A stretch of 60,184 nt of DNA, filler included, from Barthelona sp. PAP020 (lineage: Eukaryota), in assembly GCA_040182905.1 (NCBI GenBank). It is 3 parts of 3 records of this genome, joined end to end, with 100 filler letters (N's around TTAATTAATTAA, not from the genome) between each part and the next. Parts side by side here need not be neighbours in the genome. Positions count along the whole stretch, not along the records: positions 1 to 20,028 come from JARQWU010000196.1; 2 more parts are not named here. One strand, written 5' to 3'. Each line of letters opens with the position of its first letter. Position 1 is the stretch's first letter. The position numbers and the translations under genes were made by a program. Shown here piece after piece: positions 1 to 10,733 of the stretch. The notes below the pieces were generated by a model. The model was given only the letters and a program-made list of their open reading frames with translations. It made no database searches and was not told the origin of the DNA.

Positions 1-75
1 AATTCATGATGCAAAACAGAAAATGATTATAAAAGCTTTTACAAGGATTATAGGATGAGAAGGTTGGCTAGTTAG

Positions 76-430
76 TGTTTGTCAATTCCTGATCTGAGTT
101 TAGTTCGTGAACTGAATGCCCTTTATAAAAAAAAAAAAAAGAATCAACCTTTTGTTGTTGATCTGTCATGTTTAAATTTTGGTTTAATTTGATAACATCT
201 TCCAATTTTGAAATTCCAACTTGTTCAGAAATGGCGGGAAAGTTTTTCCTGCACCGGAAAACATTCTTTTCTCTTTTCCCGCAAAGTTCTTGTCACAGGC
301 TGAAACTTTGTAGGATTAATCTCTGATACTGGTTGATCTAGTGTAGGGAAACAGGTTAGCATATTGTGGGTTTTGCTTGACTCACACAAACGCATCCAAA
401 CATTTTTTTGTTGTTGCTCTCTTATGAAAT
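76..430. repeat. Dispersed repeat module C (inverted relative to copy at ~39040-39350)
   Basis: Reverse complement TGCAGGAAAAACTTTCCCGCCA...TTATAAAGGGCATTCAGTT...GAATTGACAA aligns with TGCAGGAAAAATTTTCCGGCAA...TTATAAAGGGCAATCAGTT...GAATTGACAA near 39184-39349; ends approximate. Confidence 0.75.
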
Positions 431-454
431 GCCCGCTGCGCTTCACAAAAATAT

Positions 455-742
455 TTCCGGTTTAGATGGGGCGGGTATTTAAGAAAAGTGTAATATTTTC
501 CTTTGGCCTCTTGATTCACTTTAAATGTCTCCACTTATGTTCTCTTTGTAGGACTTTGACATTCCATGTTGACCTAATTTATTTGTTTGTATCCTTAATC
601 TTTGAATTCTTTCGATTACGTTTGTTAATACTTGAACTTTTCAATTTTGACACCCATTAATGTCAAAAATTGCAAGAAGAAACCTTAAACGTATTAATAT
701 TGTCTTTTACGTGAAATCCGTCCGCTTTGCTACGAACACTTA
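455..742. repeat. Dispersed repeat module A (inverted relative to copies at 24456-24740 and 39347-39625)
   Basis: Reverse complement contains TTTAAGGTTTCTTCTTGCAATTT and GGAATGTCAAAGTCCTACAAAGAGAACATAAGTGGAGACATT, also present at 24502-24670. Confidence 0.85.
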
Positions 743-932
743 ACTTTTTTCAGTTGAATTTTTGCCAATGTTTGATTTAACAAAAAGAAAAGAAAACATT
801 TACAAAGTTAAACAATTATTTGGATTTTAGAGTTATTTGAAACTGTTTTACACAAAAAATTGTATTTTTGAAAGATAATAGGATGTTTGATAAAAACTTG
901 AATTCTGAAAAAAAGTAATTGGTTTTACCTTT

Positions 933-1904
933 TCAAAATCCAAACTTAAACACTTGCAACGAATCTGAAGTGTTGTTTTCAACAGAAGACAGACTTATTT
1001 CGTCATATTGATGTTGTTGACCATTGTTATCACTGATGAAATCTTCAAAATAAAAGGGTCCAGCAAGCAACAATTTCTTATCAGAACAATAACACAAATT
1101 TGTCTCATTTTGTTTACAAACCCAACGAAAAATGCTTCTAAAAGTTTTTACAGAGATTACACACAAATCAAAACCATCAAAAACAACAAACAAATCATCG
1201 TTCAAAAAGGTAATGGATTTAGAACAAAATTCTCTCTGTAAATATGTTGTATGTATCAAATTAGCACTGTTTAAGTCCCAAATTTCAATGAAACTATATG
1301 CATGTAGGACCACTAAATAACTGTTGGAAAGGTTAACGGAACAATCCAGGATAATTTTATCGTTTGAACTTTGTAATGTATTTTTTAAGGTAAAAGAATC
1401 TTTTTCAATAACATATATGCACGTATCAATAGCAAAAGTAAATAGATATGCTTCACCACATATAATTTTTTGTAAACCAGACAAAGAAATTTTTATTTTG
1501 TTTTTAACAGTATTATTAGATATACTAAGCTCTTTTAAATAACATAAATGATCCCCAAAATATAAATTTTCTGAATCATCAGAAAAACACATTGAATAAC
1601 ATATTGAATCATTTTTATAAGTGCTCAAAAGCTTATAATTGTTTAAATCAAATATTTTTATTGTATAATCCTCATAACTGATGGCAAGTAGATTCAGAGT
1701 TGGAGCAATTTGAATATCTGTAACCTTTTTCGAATATTCTTCTAAATATTTTATTGGTGATTTTGTTTTATAATCAATAATAATAAAAGTTCCATCAAAT
1801 AGGATAAAAATAGAATCATTGAACTTGTTATATATAATATCATCTGTAAATGCTGTGGAACAATTTAAATGTATTTGTTCAATTAATTCTAATACATCTA
1901 CCAT
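933..1904 (-). CDS. Divergent WD40/beta-propeller protein
   Basis: WD-like blades (LLAISYEDYTIKIFDL, FSDDSENLYFGD, FIEIWDL); first ATG at 1904. Confidence 0.7.
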   Translation of the reverse strand: MVDVLELIEQIHLNCSTAFTDDIIYNKFNDSIFILFDGTFIIIDYKTKSPIKYLEEYSKKVTDIQIAPTLNLLAISYEDYTIKIFDLNNYKLLSTYKNDSICYSMCFSDDSENLYFGDHLCYLKELSISNNTVKNKIKISLSGLQKIICGEAYLFTFAIDTCIYVIEKDSFTLKNTLQSSNDKIILDCSVNLSNSYLVVLHAYSFIEIWDLNSANLIHTTYLQREFCSKSITFLNDDLFVVFDGFDLCVISVKTFRSIFRWVCKQNETNLCYCSDKKLLLAGPFYFEDFISDNNGQQHQYDEISLSSVENNTSDSLQVFKFGF

Positions 1905-2054
1905 CACTATTACCAAAGAACGATTGGTTAATTAAAAAAAGGGATATTTACATAATTTTTCCTTTTATTATCCGTGACACTTCTTTTTAAGCTGTAGTTG
2001 ATTTAATAAATAAAAAAATTGAAAGTCAAAAGGTGAAAAATAGAAAATGAACCA

Positions 2055-3146
2055 TTATTTACGATTTGCTCTTTTGTAGATTACAACAAATTCGGATTGA
2101 GGTACAACCGCTAAAAATTTATTTGAAGGAGATATACTTAAATGACCACCTTTTCTTCGAGAGTCTGTTAATAAATAACCATCAGTGTTGATATCAAATC
2201 TTTGTGATAAATTGTCCAATTTTCCAAGATACTTTCGAGTTTTCAAACTAAAAAGCCTGATAGAACCATCCCATAAAGCAACAACAATAATTCCTGATAC
2301 ATTACCAATTTTAACTTCATTAACACCAACTAAAAGGTGTTCAGAAGTATTGACAAGATTAATTTTTGGCCCTGATTGAAAACTGCCTGCATTTTCGAAT
2401 CTTCTCTGACCATCAAAAATTATCATATTCACATGGGAATCAGACATACCAACAAAAAATAAAATACTATCATTCACCTTCATTATATCCATACAGATAC
2501 TCATGGAAGAAATTGTGCCTAGCAAACAGATTTCTTCCAAAAATTTTCCATTAAGCAAATCAAATGCTTGCAGAATTCTATCCTCATACAAAACAAATGC
2601 AAATTCGCCATATATAACAGTTTGAGTGATAATTGCCGATGAATTGTGATCGTGATTTGTATTGGTTGATTTCTTCTCACTTTTCAAATTTATACAACTG
2701 AAAACGCAATCATTGAGGTCATCAATATTTATAGTGATGATACAAGATGTGTCAGGATTTTCTAAGGTCAAAATTTTTAATTCAGTATCAATTATACTGT
2801 ATGAAATCGAGGTAAAACCAATGAAATTGTGTTCAACCGATTTAATTAATCTGATATTTTCATTAATATCCTCAGCATTAATATTTTCAATGTCTTCAGG
2901 AAATGAAAAAATGCAAGTTAACCCTTCCCTAAAAGTGCAAATCAAGTATTGTTTGATATTGACGAAACTGACAACTGCACCATATTCTTTATCTTGATAT
3001 TCCCATACTGATCTTGAAATATCAATGTCAAATATTTGTAAACAAGAATCTGATGTTCCAACCAATAAATATTCATCATTAAGATAATTTAATACGGTAA
3101 CTATACCATTTGAAGTCGTATGAAACGAACAATATTCATTAAACAT
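2055..3146 (-). CDS. WD40 protein, GNB1L/Asa1-like
   Basis: GVNEVKI...IIVVALWDGSIRLFSLKTRKYLGKL resembles the GNB1L/Asa1 C-terminal blade; start at 3146 preferred because the 3215 ATG lies inside the upstream gene. Confidence 0.6.
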   Translation of the reverse strand: MFNEYCSFHTTSNGIVTVLNYLNDEYLLVGTSDSCLQIFDIDISRSVWEYQDKEYGAVVSFVNIKQYLICTFREGLTCIFSFPEDIENINAEDINENIRLIKSVEHNFIGFTSISYSIIDTELKILTLENPDTSCIITINIDDLNDCVFSCINLKSEKKSTNTNHDHNSSAIITQTVIYGEFAFVLYEDRILQAFDLLNGKFLEEICLLGTISSMSICMDIMKVNDSILFFVGMSDSHVNMIIFDGQRRFENAGSFQSGPKINLVNTSEHLLVGVNEVKIGNVSGIIVVALWDGSIRLFSLKTRKYLGKLDNLSQRFDINTDGYLLTDSRRKGGHLSISPSNKFLAVVPQSEFVVIYKRANRK

Positions 3147-3183
3147 AACATATAAAAAAATAAAAAAAGATAAATGTGTACAT

Positions 3184-4104
3184 TTATATGTGTGACATTG
3201 CAGATGAGCTATCATCCTCCAAAAATACTTGTTTTGTCACTGAAATTACTCCCAAAGCCCAATTTTTAATGAAAGACTTCACAACTTGAACAGGAAGGAA
3301 ATCATCCAAATCCACATTGTTTAATGGCAATAAATTTTTAGCCTCAGCATCTATTTGCAAATTATCCATTAATTCTTGTTCTTTTAACCCCATAATTGTA
3401 GTTGTGTGTAATATTGCATTCAGAATTCGCACTACATCCAAGGTAAAAAAGCTTTTGTTTGTGTCCATCATTGAAATATCGTCAGAAGCCATCAAAGAAT
3501 TGTTTACGTCAACCTTCGATAAATCAGGCACAGAGTCCTCTGGAATAGACTCATTTGACATTGTTCGAACCGGAAAATCATCAAAACTATTGTGATTTTT
3601 GTTCAAATTTAGGTTTGTGACAATTTGTTGCTTATTTTTCTCCACAACATCCTTGTTGTCCCTATTTATATCATCAAAAAGACTTTCTTCATCAGATTCT
3701 TCATCTTCATCCTCCTCATAGCACTTAAATAGAGCAACTATCAACCAATCTACAAAAATATCAATTCCATTTTCATCATCAATCAAGAAAAAAGCAAAAT
3801 CTTTCCATAATAACCATTCTAAGTATGAAGTAAATGATAAGTTTAAAATTTTTGGGCAATTTAGAAATTGCTCAAACCCCCATTCAAAAGCACTGATAAG
3901 GTCCTCATAAAAAACAGTTCCAGTCTTCGATCGGTCTAATTTAAACAAAAATGGTATGGAATCAAAAGATAATGAAATGTGTGAATCAATTTGAATTTGA
4001 AATGTCGATAATTGGTCAATGTCATAACAAAAGTCTTCAACATTTCCTTCAACTTTTAAAATACGTCTTAATTCATTGTTTAAAAAGGAGGTTACATTGC
4101 CCAT
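3184..4104 (-). CDS. Hypothetical protein with one EF-hand-like loop
   Basis: 306-aa ORF; LFKLDRSKTGTVFYEDL is EF-hand-like; acidic central insert. Confidence 0.6.
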   Translation of the reverse strand: MGNVTSFLNNELRRILKVEGNVEDFCYDIDQLSTFQIQIDSHISLSFDSIPFLFKLDRSKTGTVFYEDLISAFEWGFEQFLNCPKILNLSFTSYLEWLLWKDFAFFLIDDENGIDIFVDWLIVALFKCYEEDEDEESDEESLFDDINRDNKDVVEKNKQQIVTNLNLNKNHNSFDDFPVRTMSNESIPEDSVPDLSKVDVNNSLMASDDISMMDTNKSFFTLDVVRILNAILHTTTIMGLKEQELMDNLQIDAEAKNLLPLNNVDLDDFLPVQVVKSFIKNWALGVISVTKQVFLEDDSSSAMSHI

Positions 4105-4320
4105 TAACTATTTAATTGAAAAAAATCTTCTTGAAATTCTTAATCCTTACAACTATTCTTTTAATTTGATTAAACTCTCATTTATATAATATTAGGTGTA
4201 TAAATAATTAGAAATGAAAATGTCTTTTGTATTTTATCTTCAAAAAAACAACGAAAAATACAACCAATCATTTGAAAAACATTAAAAATAAATACTTTCT
4301 AAATATAATAATTTTACAAT

Positions 4321-5862
4321 CTATTGTGGTACATTTATATTAAAGCTTTTTTGTTTCAATGTGGTACTTATATTATAAGAACCAACTCCTGGTGTTGAAG
4401 GTTTATCATTAAACGTAACTCTGGCAGTGGTGCCACCTAAAACACTATATCTGCTATTTTTGTGCTTATTAATGGATTTCCAATCTGTTTCAAGATTGTA
4501 AGAACCTGGTGCAGGAATATCACTGTACTTTGTTTGTTTCTTTGCTTTAGGTATCCGATATTGTTTATGTGAAGAAAAAGCACGAATATCTCCGACACTT
4601 TTTGGTGAATAGGTGCCAACAGCAGGTACTTTGTCTCCTTTCTTTATCAATTTACGTTCCGTTGCTAAAAATGAAGCTGATGGCTGATTTTCCCTGAATA
4701 TCGTCACAGGTGCTTTCTTAGAGTCATAACCAATCATTTGATTGGAATTCTTATCCTTCAAATTTATGACTTCTCTTGAAGTCTGTGTTCCAAAAGGTAT
4801 GTGCTCCTTCGGCTGTGGTCTTTGAGGCACTTTTGGATCAACGTAGTTATAAGAACCAGGCCCAGGCATTTGATTGTCCAAATTATTGAATCTCTGTTGT
4901 GTTTTCATTTGAATAGCATGTCGCTCGTTATTGTTCTGATGGTTGTAACTGCCAGGCCCTGGAACAACAGATCTTTTGATCATATTATTGGATAAACCCC
5001 TTGATGAGGTGACAGAGAAAGAAGAATTTGAGGAAACCAAGTTTTTCTTTTTGCTACCTATGTCATCAGTGATATGATAAGCTCCCACTCCTGGAGTCGT
5101 TGTATTTCCAAGGAAGTTCGTTCTCTTTTCATTTGTAACCATTGAAGCTGATCCTCTGAATTTTCGAAAGATAGTCTTCACACTGGCATCTTTTAGCCAC
5201 TGAATCTCCTGTTCATTACGGAAATAATCACCAGGACCTGGCTGAACAAACTTCGGCATTGGAAAACGATTTGTTTTGCTGTTTTCCCATGAAGGGCCAT
5301 TGTTATTCCCGAATGAGGACTTCGGGGAATACGTAGTTGGTCCAGGAAGGTCATCTTTTGGTAACATATTATTTGGTAATTGTTGAGGATACAACATACC
5401 ATCATCAGCTTCAATATAGCCAAAATTTTGTCTGGGATTGGGAATTGAAGGTGCAGAAGAAATTTGATTTTTTTTTGTGGTAGAAGGTGAATGTATTTGC
5501 TTAAAATAGCCTGATTTGATCCATTTAGGTCTTAAAGAATAGTTTCCAGGCCCAGGACCATCATTTTTAGTTGATTCAATGCCTTCTGAAAATCGTTTTG
5601 TTTTTGTAAAAGAATTTCCGTTCTTTTTTGTTTTATTCGTCCTTTTTTTCTTTTCGTCACCTATTATTTGATAAGAGGAAGGTCCGGGCGTAACATCAGA
5701 CTCGGCAATAGCAAATGTATTACGATGACTAAGAGTACTAAATGGTGCATTACCTCTAGTACCAGGTCTATAAACATCAACATTGTAGGAACCAGGTGCA
5801 ACATTATTCGCAGTATTAGAATTAGAAAGTTCAACTGAACGACTAGCTTTTCCTATGATCAT
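4321..5862 (-). CDS. SHIPPO/sperm-tail PG-rich repeat protein (STPG2/ODF3-like axonemal protein)
   Basis: Many PGPGxY/PGVGxY repeats preceded by F-x-x-x-x-R motifs. Confidence 0.85.
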   Translation of the reverse strand: MIIGKASRSVELSNSNTANNVAPGSYNVDVYRPGTRGNAPFSTLSHRNTFAIAESDVTPGPSSYQIIGDEKKKRTNKTKKNGNSFTKTKRFSEGIESTKNDGPGPGNYSLRPKWIKSGYFKQIHSPSTTKKNQISSAPSIPNPRQNFGYIEADDGMLYPQQLPNNMLPKDDLPGPTTYSPKSSFGNNNGPSWENSKTNRFPMPKFVQPGPGDYFRNEQEIQWLKDASVKTIFRKFRGSASMVTNEKRTNFLGNTTTPGVGAYHITDDIGSKKKNLVSSNSSFSVTSSRGLSNNMIKRSVVPGPGSYNHQNNNERHAIQMKTQQRFNNLDNQMPGPGSYNYVDPKVPQRPQPKEHIPFGTQTSREVINLKDKNSNQMIGYDSKKAPVTIFRENQPSASFLATERKLIKKGDKVPAVGTYSPKSVGDIRAFSSHKQYRIPKAKKQTKYSDIPAPGSYNLETDWKSINKHKNSRYSVLGGTTARVTFNDKPSTPGVGSYNISTTLKQKSFNINVPQ

Positions 5863-5973
5863 ATTTTTCTATTATCTATTCGATTTTTCCTTATATGAAC
5901 AATACAATTTTAAAATAGTGTTCAAATCTTTGATAAATATATAAAAAAAATTTTCAAATTACTTTTTGTTTTA

Positions 5974-6414
5974 ATGCCACCTCGTTTGGTCAGAAGGCGA
6001 AAAATAGAACCTGAAGGGTTTGAATTGATTAAACCAACAATACAAGAACTTAATGAAGAAATTCGAAAAGCCAATTTGGAATCGAGTGATGGAAAAAGAA
6101 AATGTCAATCTACTTGGGCAATTTCTAGATTAACACATCAAAGAACAAGATTTATTTGGGAAAAATATAAAAATGAAGAGATTTCTAAAGAAATTTATGA
6201 TTATTGCATATCACAAGGTTGGGTTGATACATTATTGATATCCTATTGGAAAAAACCCGGATATGAACGACTATGTTGTGTAAAATGTGCTCAAAAAAGT
6301 CATCAATTTGGTACAACATGCATTTGTCGTGTTCCTCGATCAGAGCGCCAAAATCCTGATCAAATTGTTGAGTGTCAGCACTGTGGATGTCGTGGGTGTG
6401 CTTCTACCGATTGA
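5974..6414 (+). CDS. BUD31: Pre-mRNA splicing factor BUD31/G10
   Basis: PEGFELIKPT, WKKPGYERLCC, FGTTCICRVP, ECQHCGCRGCAS. Confidence 0.97.
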   Translation: MPPRLVRRRKIEPEGFELIKPTIQELNEEIRKANLESSDGKRKCQSTWAISRLTHQRTRFIWEKYKNEEISKEIYDYCISQGWVDTLLISYWKKPGYERLCCVKCAQKSHQFGTTCICRVPRSERQNPDQIVECQHCGCRGCASTD

Positions 6415-6809
6415 AGTAATGAGTTTTCTTTTAGTATTATATTTTTTTTTCATTAAGTTTGTTTGTTTTTAGGACAAAAACATTAAAAAAACCAAATAAA
6501 TCTTTAGATGGTCGAATAGACATTTGGAATTGATTATATATTTATGATGTGTTGATAAATGTTTGATAAATGTTTGACTTTATTTATTTTATTCTGATCC
6601 ATTGTGAAGACATAAGCCTAATTAGAATTTACAAAGAGAAAATCATTTTTTAAATCAATAATGAGTTGGCATTCTTAATTCTTTGAAGAATCATGTAATG
6701 AATAAATTCCACATATAGTTATCACCAAAAGAATACAAAGATTGATAAAATTAAACATTTTGATTATTTTGTTATTTTATCCACTTCAATAGATCCAATT
6801 AATGAATTA

Positions 6810-7715
6810 ATGTCGATTCTGGCTGATAGTTTATCTGACTTAGAGTTTGTAGATACAATTTCAGGAGCAAGAACTCCTCTTTCAAAAAAGAATAATGTTT
6901 CATCCAAATTAAAAGGTGAAAAGGATGATCAAAATGATATTAGTGTTGATTTCACTTTTGATAAATGTGTTCAATGTGATTTTACAAGGGAATTGACGAT
7001 GAAATTTCCTCGAAGAATAGTTGTTGTCCGACATGGTCAATCAGAACAGAATGCAGCTTTAAAAAAATTGAAAGGATCGATCAAGCATCTTCAATCAGTG
7101 TCTGATCAGAGCCTTGCTTTGACTCCAAGAGGCATTTGGCAAGCTGAGGTCACTGGTGAATTTCTTGCTGCAACAGAATCTTTTGATGTCATTTATCATT
7201 CGCCTTATAAACGCGCCATTCATACTGCTAATATTATCTCCAGCAAATTTGATTATACAGTTGCACAACATCAGGATAATCTCATTCGGGAAAAAGAGTT
7301 TGGATTGTTATTTGGAATGACTGCAGAACAAGTCAAAGAACAATATCCTCATGAATATGATAGGAGAGGTCGTGAAGGGAGGTTTTGGTATCGATTTCCA
7401 GGAGGCGAGAACTATGCAGACGTTGAACTAAGAATTCAACTGTTTATTGAAAAATTGTGTCGAGAACATTCTGGCCAATCTGTTTTGATTGTCACTCATG
7501 GTGTTCCTTACTTGACATTTATTAGTTTGTTTGAGCATTTAACGCCTGATGAGGTTATGGAATTAAGGATTCCACCAAATTGTGGTTTGCTTGAATTTCT
7601 CTCTACTCCTTCTGTTTCTGACCCTATTGGTGAGCCTAAACGAATGGTAACAGATGTTTTGGCTTATAACCCAGAAAATTCCGATGTTGAGTTCAGTTTT
7701 CAATATTGTATTTGA
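6810..7715 (+). CDS. Histidine phosphatase (PGAM superfamily, Det1-like)
   Basis: VRHGQSEQN catalytic motif, SPYKRA, REKEFG, FWYRFPGGE, LIVTHG. Confidence 0.9.
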   Translation: MSILADSLSDLEFVDTISGARTPLSKKNNVSSKLKGEKDDQNDISVDFTFDKCVQCDFTRELTMKFPRRIVVVRHGQSEQNAALKKLKGSIKHLQSVSDQSLALTPRGIWQAEVTGEFLAATESFDVIYHSPYKRAIHTANIISSKFDYTVAQHQDNLIREKEFGLLFGMTAEQVKEQYPHEYDRRGREGRFWYRFPGGENYADVELRIQLFIEKLCREHSGQSVLIVTHGVPYLTFISLFEHLTPDEVMELRIPPNCGLLEFLSTPSVSDPIGEPKRMVTDVLAYNPENSDVEFSFQYCI

Positions 7716-7755
7716 GAATAAAAATTGTTGTAGTTTTATTTTTCTTATTTTTGTG

Positions 7756-8940
7756 ATGACTTATGTGCTTACACCACAATTTGATGATCTAACGAGTTCT
7801 TTTATTATCCCAATTGGTCGAACAGTAATTGGAAGGAAAAATGCAGATATAATTATTTCCCAAAAAATAATAAGTACATTACATTGTACTTTTAACAATA
7901 TGGTTGAAGAACATGATTTAATTTTAACTCCAAAAGGAAGAAATGGAACAACTTTACAACATTCTGTTGATTTTGAAGGAAAAAAAGTTATTAACTATCA
8001 AGATTTAACAGTTAATGTTCCTTTTTTTTTTAAATTTTATGATATTCCTTCATTTTTTCCCTTTTCTTTTGGTATAAATGAAAAACACAATTTTCCTATT
8101 GTTCAATTATCTCATCAATATTCTTTCACTTTAACACGGCTTCCTTTAACCTTTTATATATATAATCAAGAAGAATTGCCTTATAACAAAGAATTTTTGG
8201 AGAATCGATTTTCATTTCAATTTATAGGAGATTTATCCACTAAGAATTGTGAAGCTTTAATAGTTAACTCTATTTTAGAATATTCAATATATTTATTGTT
8301 CTTTGTTACCGAAAAAAAAAATTTGATAAAACCTGCTTTTTTTACTTTGTTGAATTCTCATACTTTACCCAAATGCATGAATGATATCAAGCAAAATTCC
8401 TTCATTCATGAACCTCCTTCCGTTGATTTAGAAGATTTAACTGATATTTATGTGATTATAAAAGACTTTAAAAATGCAGGCAAAAATGAAAAGTTCATTA
8501 TGAATAAATTACAACAAAAATTTAAATTTACAGTGATTAATAATGACATTTGGAATCAATCATTGTTAAATAATGAATTTAACGTTGAAATTCCAAATAA
8601 TAATTTTCGGGGATGGTGTGTTTTTGACACACTGGTTGGGTTTATTAAAGCATGTTTTGAGTCATTAATTTCTGAGAATATACGATCGTTTCCTGAACAG
8701 TCAATTGAGAAGGTTGTGGATTTACCAATTTCTATGAATGGATCCATTAAAGATCCAAAAACAAAAAAATTGTCAATTGATGAAGAAGAAGTTGAAAAGG
8801 ATTTTGAATTCAATTTTGAAGGTAATAAAGAGGATTTTAGAGATGAGTTTGGTGCAAGTTATCAAACTTTTTCGGGATGGCATTCAACCAAAGGTGTTAT
8901 TTCGCCAATTAAGAAAAAAGACCCTCTTTTAGACATTTAA
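7756..8940 (+). CDS. FHA + BRCT-like protein, possible nibrin/NBS1 homologue
   Basis: FHA core IGRKNAD...ISTLHC...GRNGT; CEALIVNS...NLIKPAFF resembles NBS1 BRCT1; ATG 7756 chosen because 7654 overlaps the upstream gene. Confidence 0.6.
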   Translation: MTYVLTPQFDDLTSSFIIPIGRTVIGRKNADIIISQKIISTLHCTFNNMVEEHDLILTPKGRNGTTLQHSVDFEGKKVINYQDLTVNVPFFFKFYDIPSFFPFSFGINEKHNFPIVQLSHQYSFTLTRLPLTFYIYNQEELPYNKEFLENRFSFQFIGDLSTKNCEALIVNSILEYSIYLLFFVTEKKNLIKPAFFTLLNSHTLPKCMNDIKQNSFIHEPPSVDLEDLTDIYVIIKDFKNAGKNEKFIMNKLQQKFKFTVINNDIWNQSLLNNEFNVEIPNNNFRGWCVFDTLVGFIKACFESLISENIRSFPEQSIEKVVDLPISMNGSIKDPKTKKLSIDEEEVEKDFEFNFEGNKEDFRDEFGASYQTFSGWHSTKGVISPIKKKDPLLDI

Positions 8941-9321
8941 AAACACTTATTTTTGCTTAAATTGTTTTAAATCAACTTTAATACATAAATTAATAGGTTC
9001 TAAATTTTTTAGAAAGCTTATTTTCTTGTTCATACATGCATATGCATATATTTATGAATGTTTTTTTATTTATTACTTTGAATTCAGATTTTTAAGTTAT
9101 TTTCTAAAAAATACGAAAAAATTTTGTATTTCTGACATTCTCTTTGTATGGCAATTGTCAAAATTCCTTTTTTTTTTTGGGCAAAGCAAAAAGATTTAAA
9201 GAAATTTACAGAAATTAAAGATAAATTGAAAAGGGATGTTGGAATGAAGAAGGATAAAAGATTTATTTGTACATTTTTTTTACTTGTTTTTATGTTATTA
9301 TGTGTTCCTTAAACGATACTT

Positions 9322-10333
9322 ATGGAACAAAAATTTGAAAAATTAGTGATATGCGGTTTGGTGTTTGTTTTGATTCAAACATTCTATTGGTTTTGGATTT
9401 GTAGGTTTGATATTCCTTTAAGGGGCAAATATTCTGTACGTATTGTTTCATATAATTTGAAATATGCATACAGTGACTGCGATAATTGGTTTGAAAGGAG
9501 AGATTTATTAGTTTCACAAATTTTATCCCTTCAACCCGATAGTATTGGAGTTCAAGTAATTTATTATTTTTAATACAATCAACACTAACATTTTTTAGGA
9601 AGCTGATGAAGGTTGGATGAATCAAGCACTTGGACTACCTTTTCTTCTTCGTGCCAATTATTCCTATGTAGGTGTTGGGCGTGAAGATGGTAAAAATAAA
9701 GGAGAAATGGCAGCAATATTTTATTTGAAAAGAAAGTATCGTGTTCTTCACAATGATTCCTTTTGGTTGAGTGAAACACCAGATATACCAAGCAAAGGAT
9801 GGGATGCCATTGATTACCGAATATGTTCGTATGTTCAATTGCAAAATATAGAGACCAATGAGGTTTATACGCATTATAACACACATTTTGAGCATAAATC
9901 GAAAATAGCGCCAATAAAAAGCGCTGAAATGGTCATACAAAAGATTTTTGATGACGATGAGGATTGTATTTATGATTTTCACAATTTTGTTCTCACTGGA
10001 GATTTCAACTTTGGTCAGGAAAGCAAAAAGTATAAGATATTCGAGAAATCCCCTCTAATATTTGATTCTAAGAAGATTGCTATCGATTCGATGAATCATG
10101 GCACGTTAAATTTCTTTGTACCTTTGAATTATCGGTATTTCCAGCCAATTGACTTCATATTTGTCAGCAGACGTGTTACTGTATTGTCTTATAGAGTTGA
10201 TACAAGTGTTTGGAGTCACGGATTATTGTTTGATCTTCCTGTTAGTGATCATTTTCCTGTTATTGTTGATTTGCTTTTTCATAATCTTGAAAATAGAGAT
10301 CTTAAAGATGAAGAAATGAAAATTATTAAATGA
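9322..10333 (+). CDS. Endonuclease/exonuclease/phosphatase (EEP) protein, two exons (9322-9555, 9599-10333)
   Basis: SYNL, spliced GVQ|EA, GVGREDG, FWLSETP, NTHF, TGDFN, IDFIF, SDHFPV; hydrophobic N-terminus. Confidence 0.9.
9556..9598 (+). other. 43-nt spliceosomal intron
   Basis: GTAATT...ACTAACATTTTTTAG; removal joins two ORFs in frame and restores the conserved GxQE motif. Confidence 0.9.
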
Positions 10334-10733
10334 GGGATGGTTTAGGCTTATAAAATTTGATTATTTATTATTACCTCCATTTTAACGTTTATTCTATATT
10401 GTTTTTTGTTTCAAAAAGATATCAACATGAATTAATTCTTCAAATTAAAGAAGTGTTGGAATAAAGTTGATTCAATAATAGTGAGTTATCAAAATTTGGA
10501 ACTTTTAAAGTGGTAGAAAAATATCTAAATTGTGTTTTGAAGAAAAAATACGTGATTTTGAGCACCTAATCCCTTGAAAAATAGTTGTTTGGTTTTCAGC
10601 AAAATTTTTTTTTAAATAATTTGATGCATAAATCAAAAGAAATAAATAGCTATCAATTCTTTAAGTTTAAACAACAAAACACTGTGGTAGAATGTTGAAA
10701 CTTGTTTCTTTCTTTTTCATTTTCGATTTTCTG

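Noticed and set aside
520..600. Minus-strand RSTWNVKVL, resembling the start of an APE-type retrotransposon endonuclease
   Set aside because: Flanked by stops and not conserved in the 24.6 kb or 39.5 kb copies.
225..660. ORFs 225-446 and 466-660
   Set aside because: They lie in repeat modules C and A; the frames are not kept open in other copies.
3146..3215. Apparent gene overlaps (3184-3215 and 7654-7715)
   Set aside because: They disappear when the next in-frame ATG (3146, 7756) is used.
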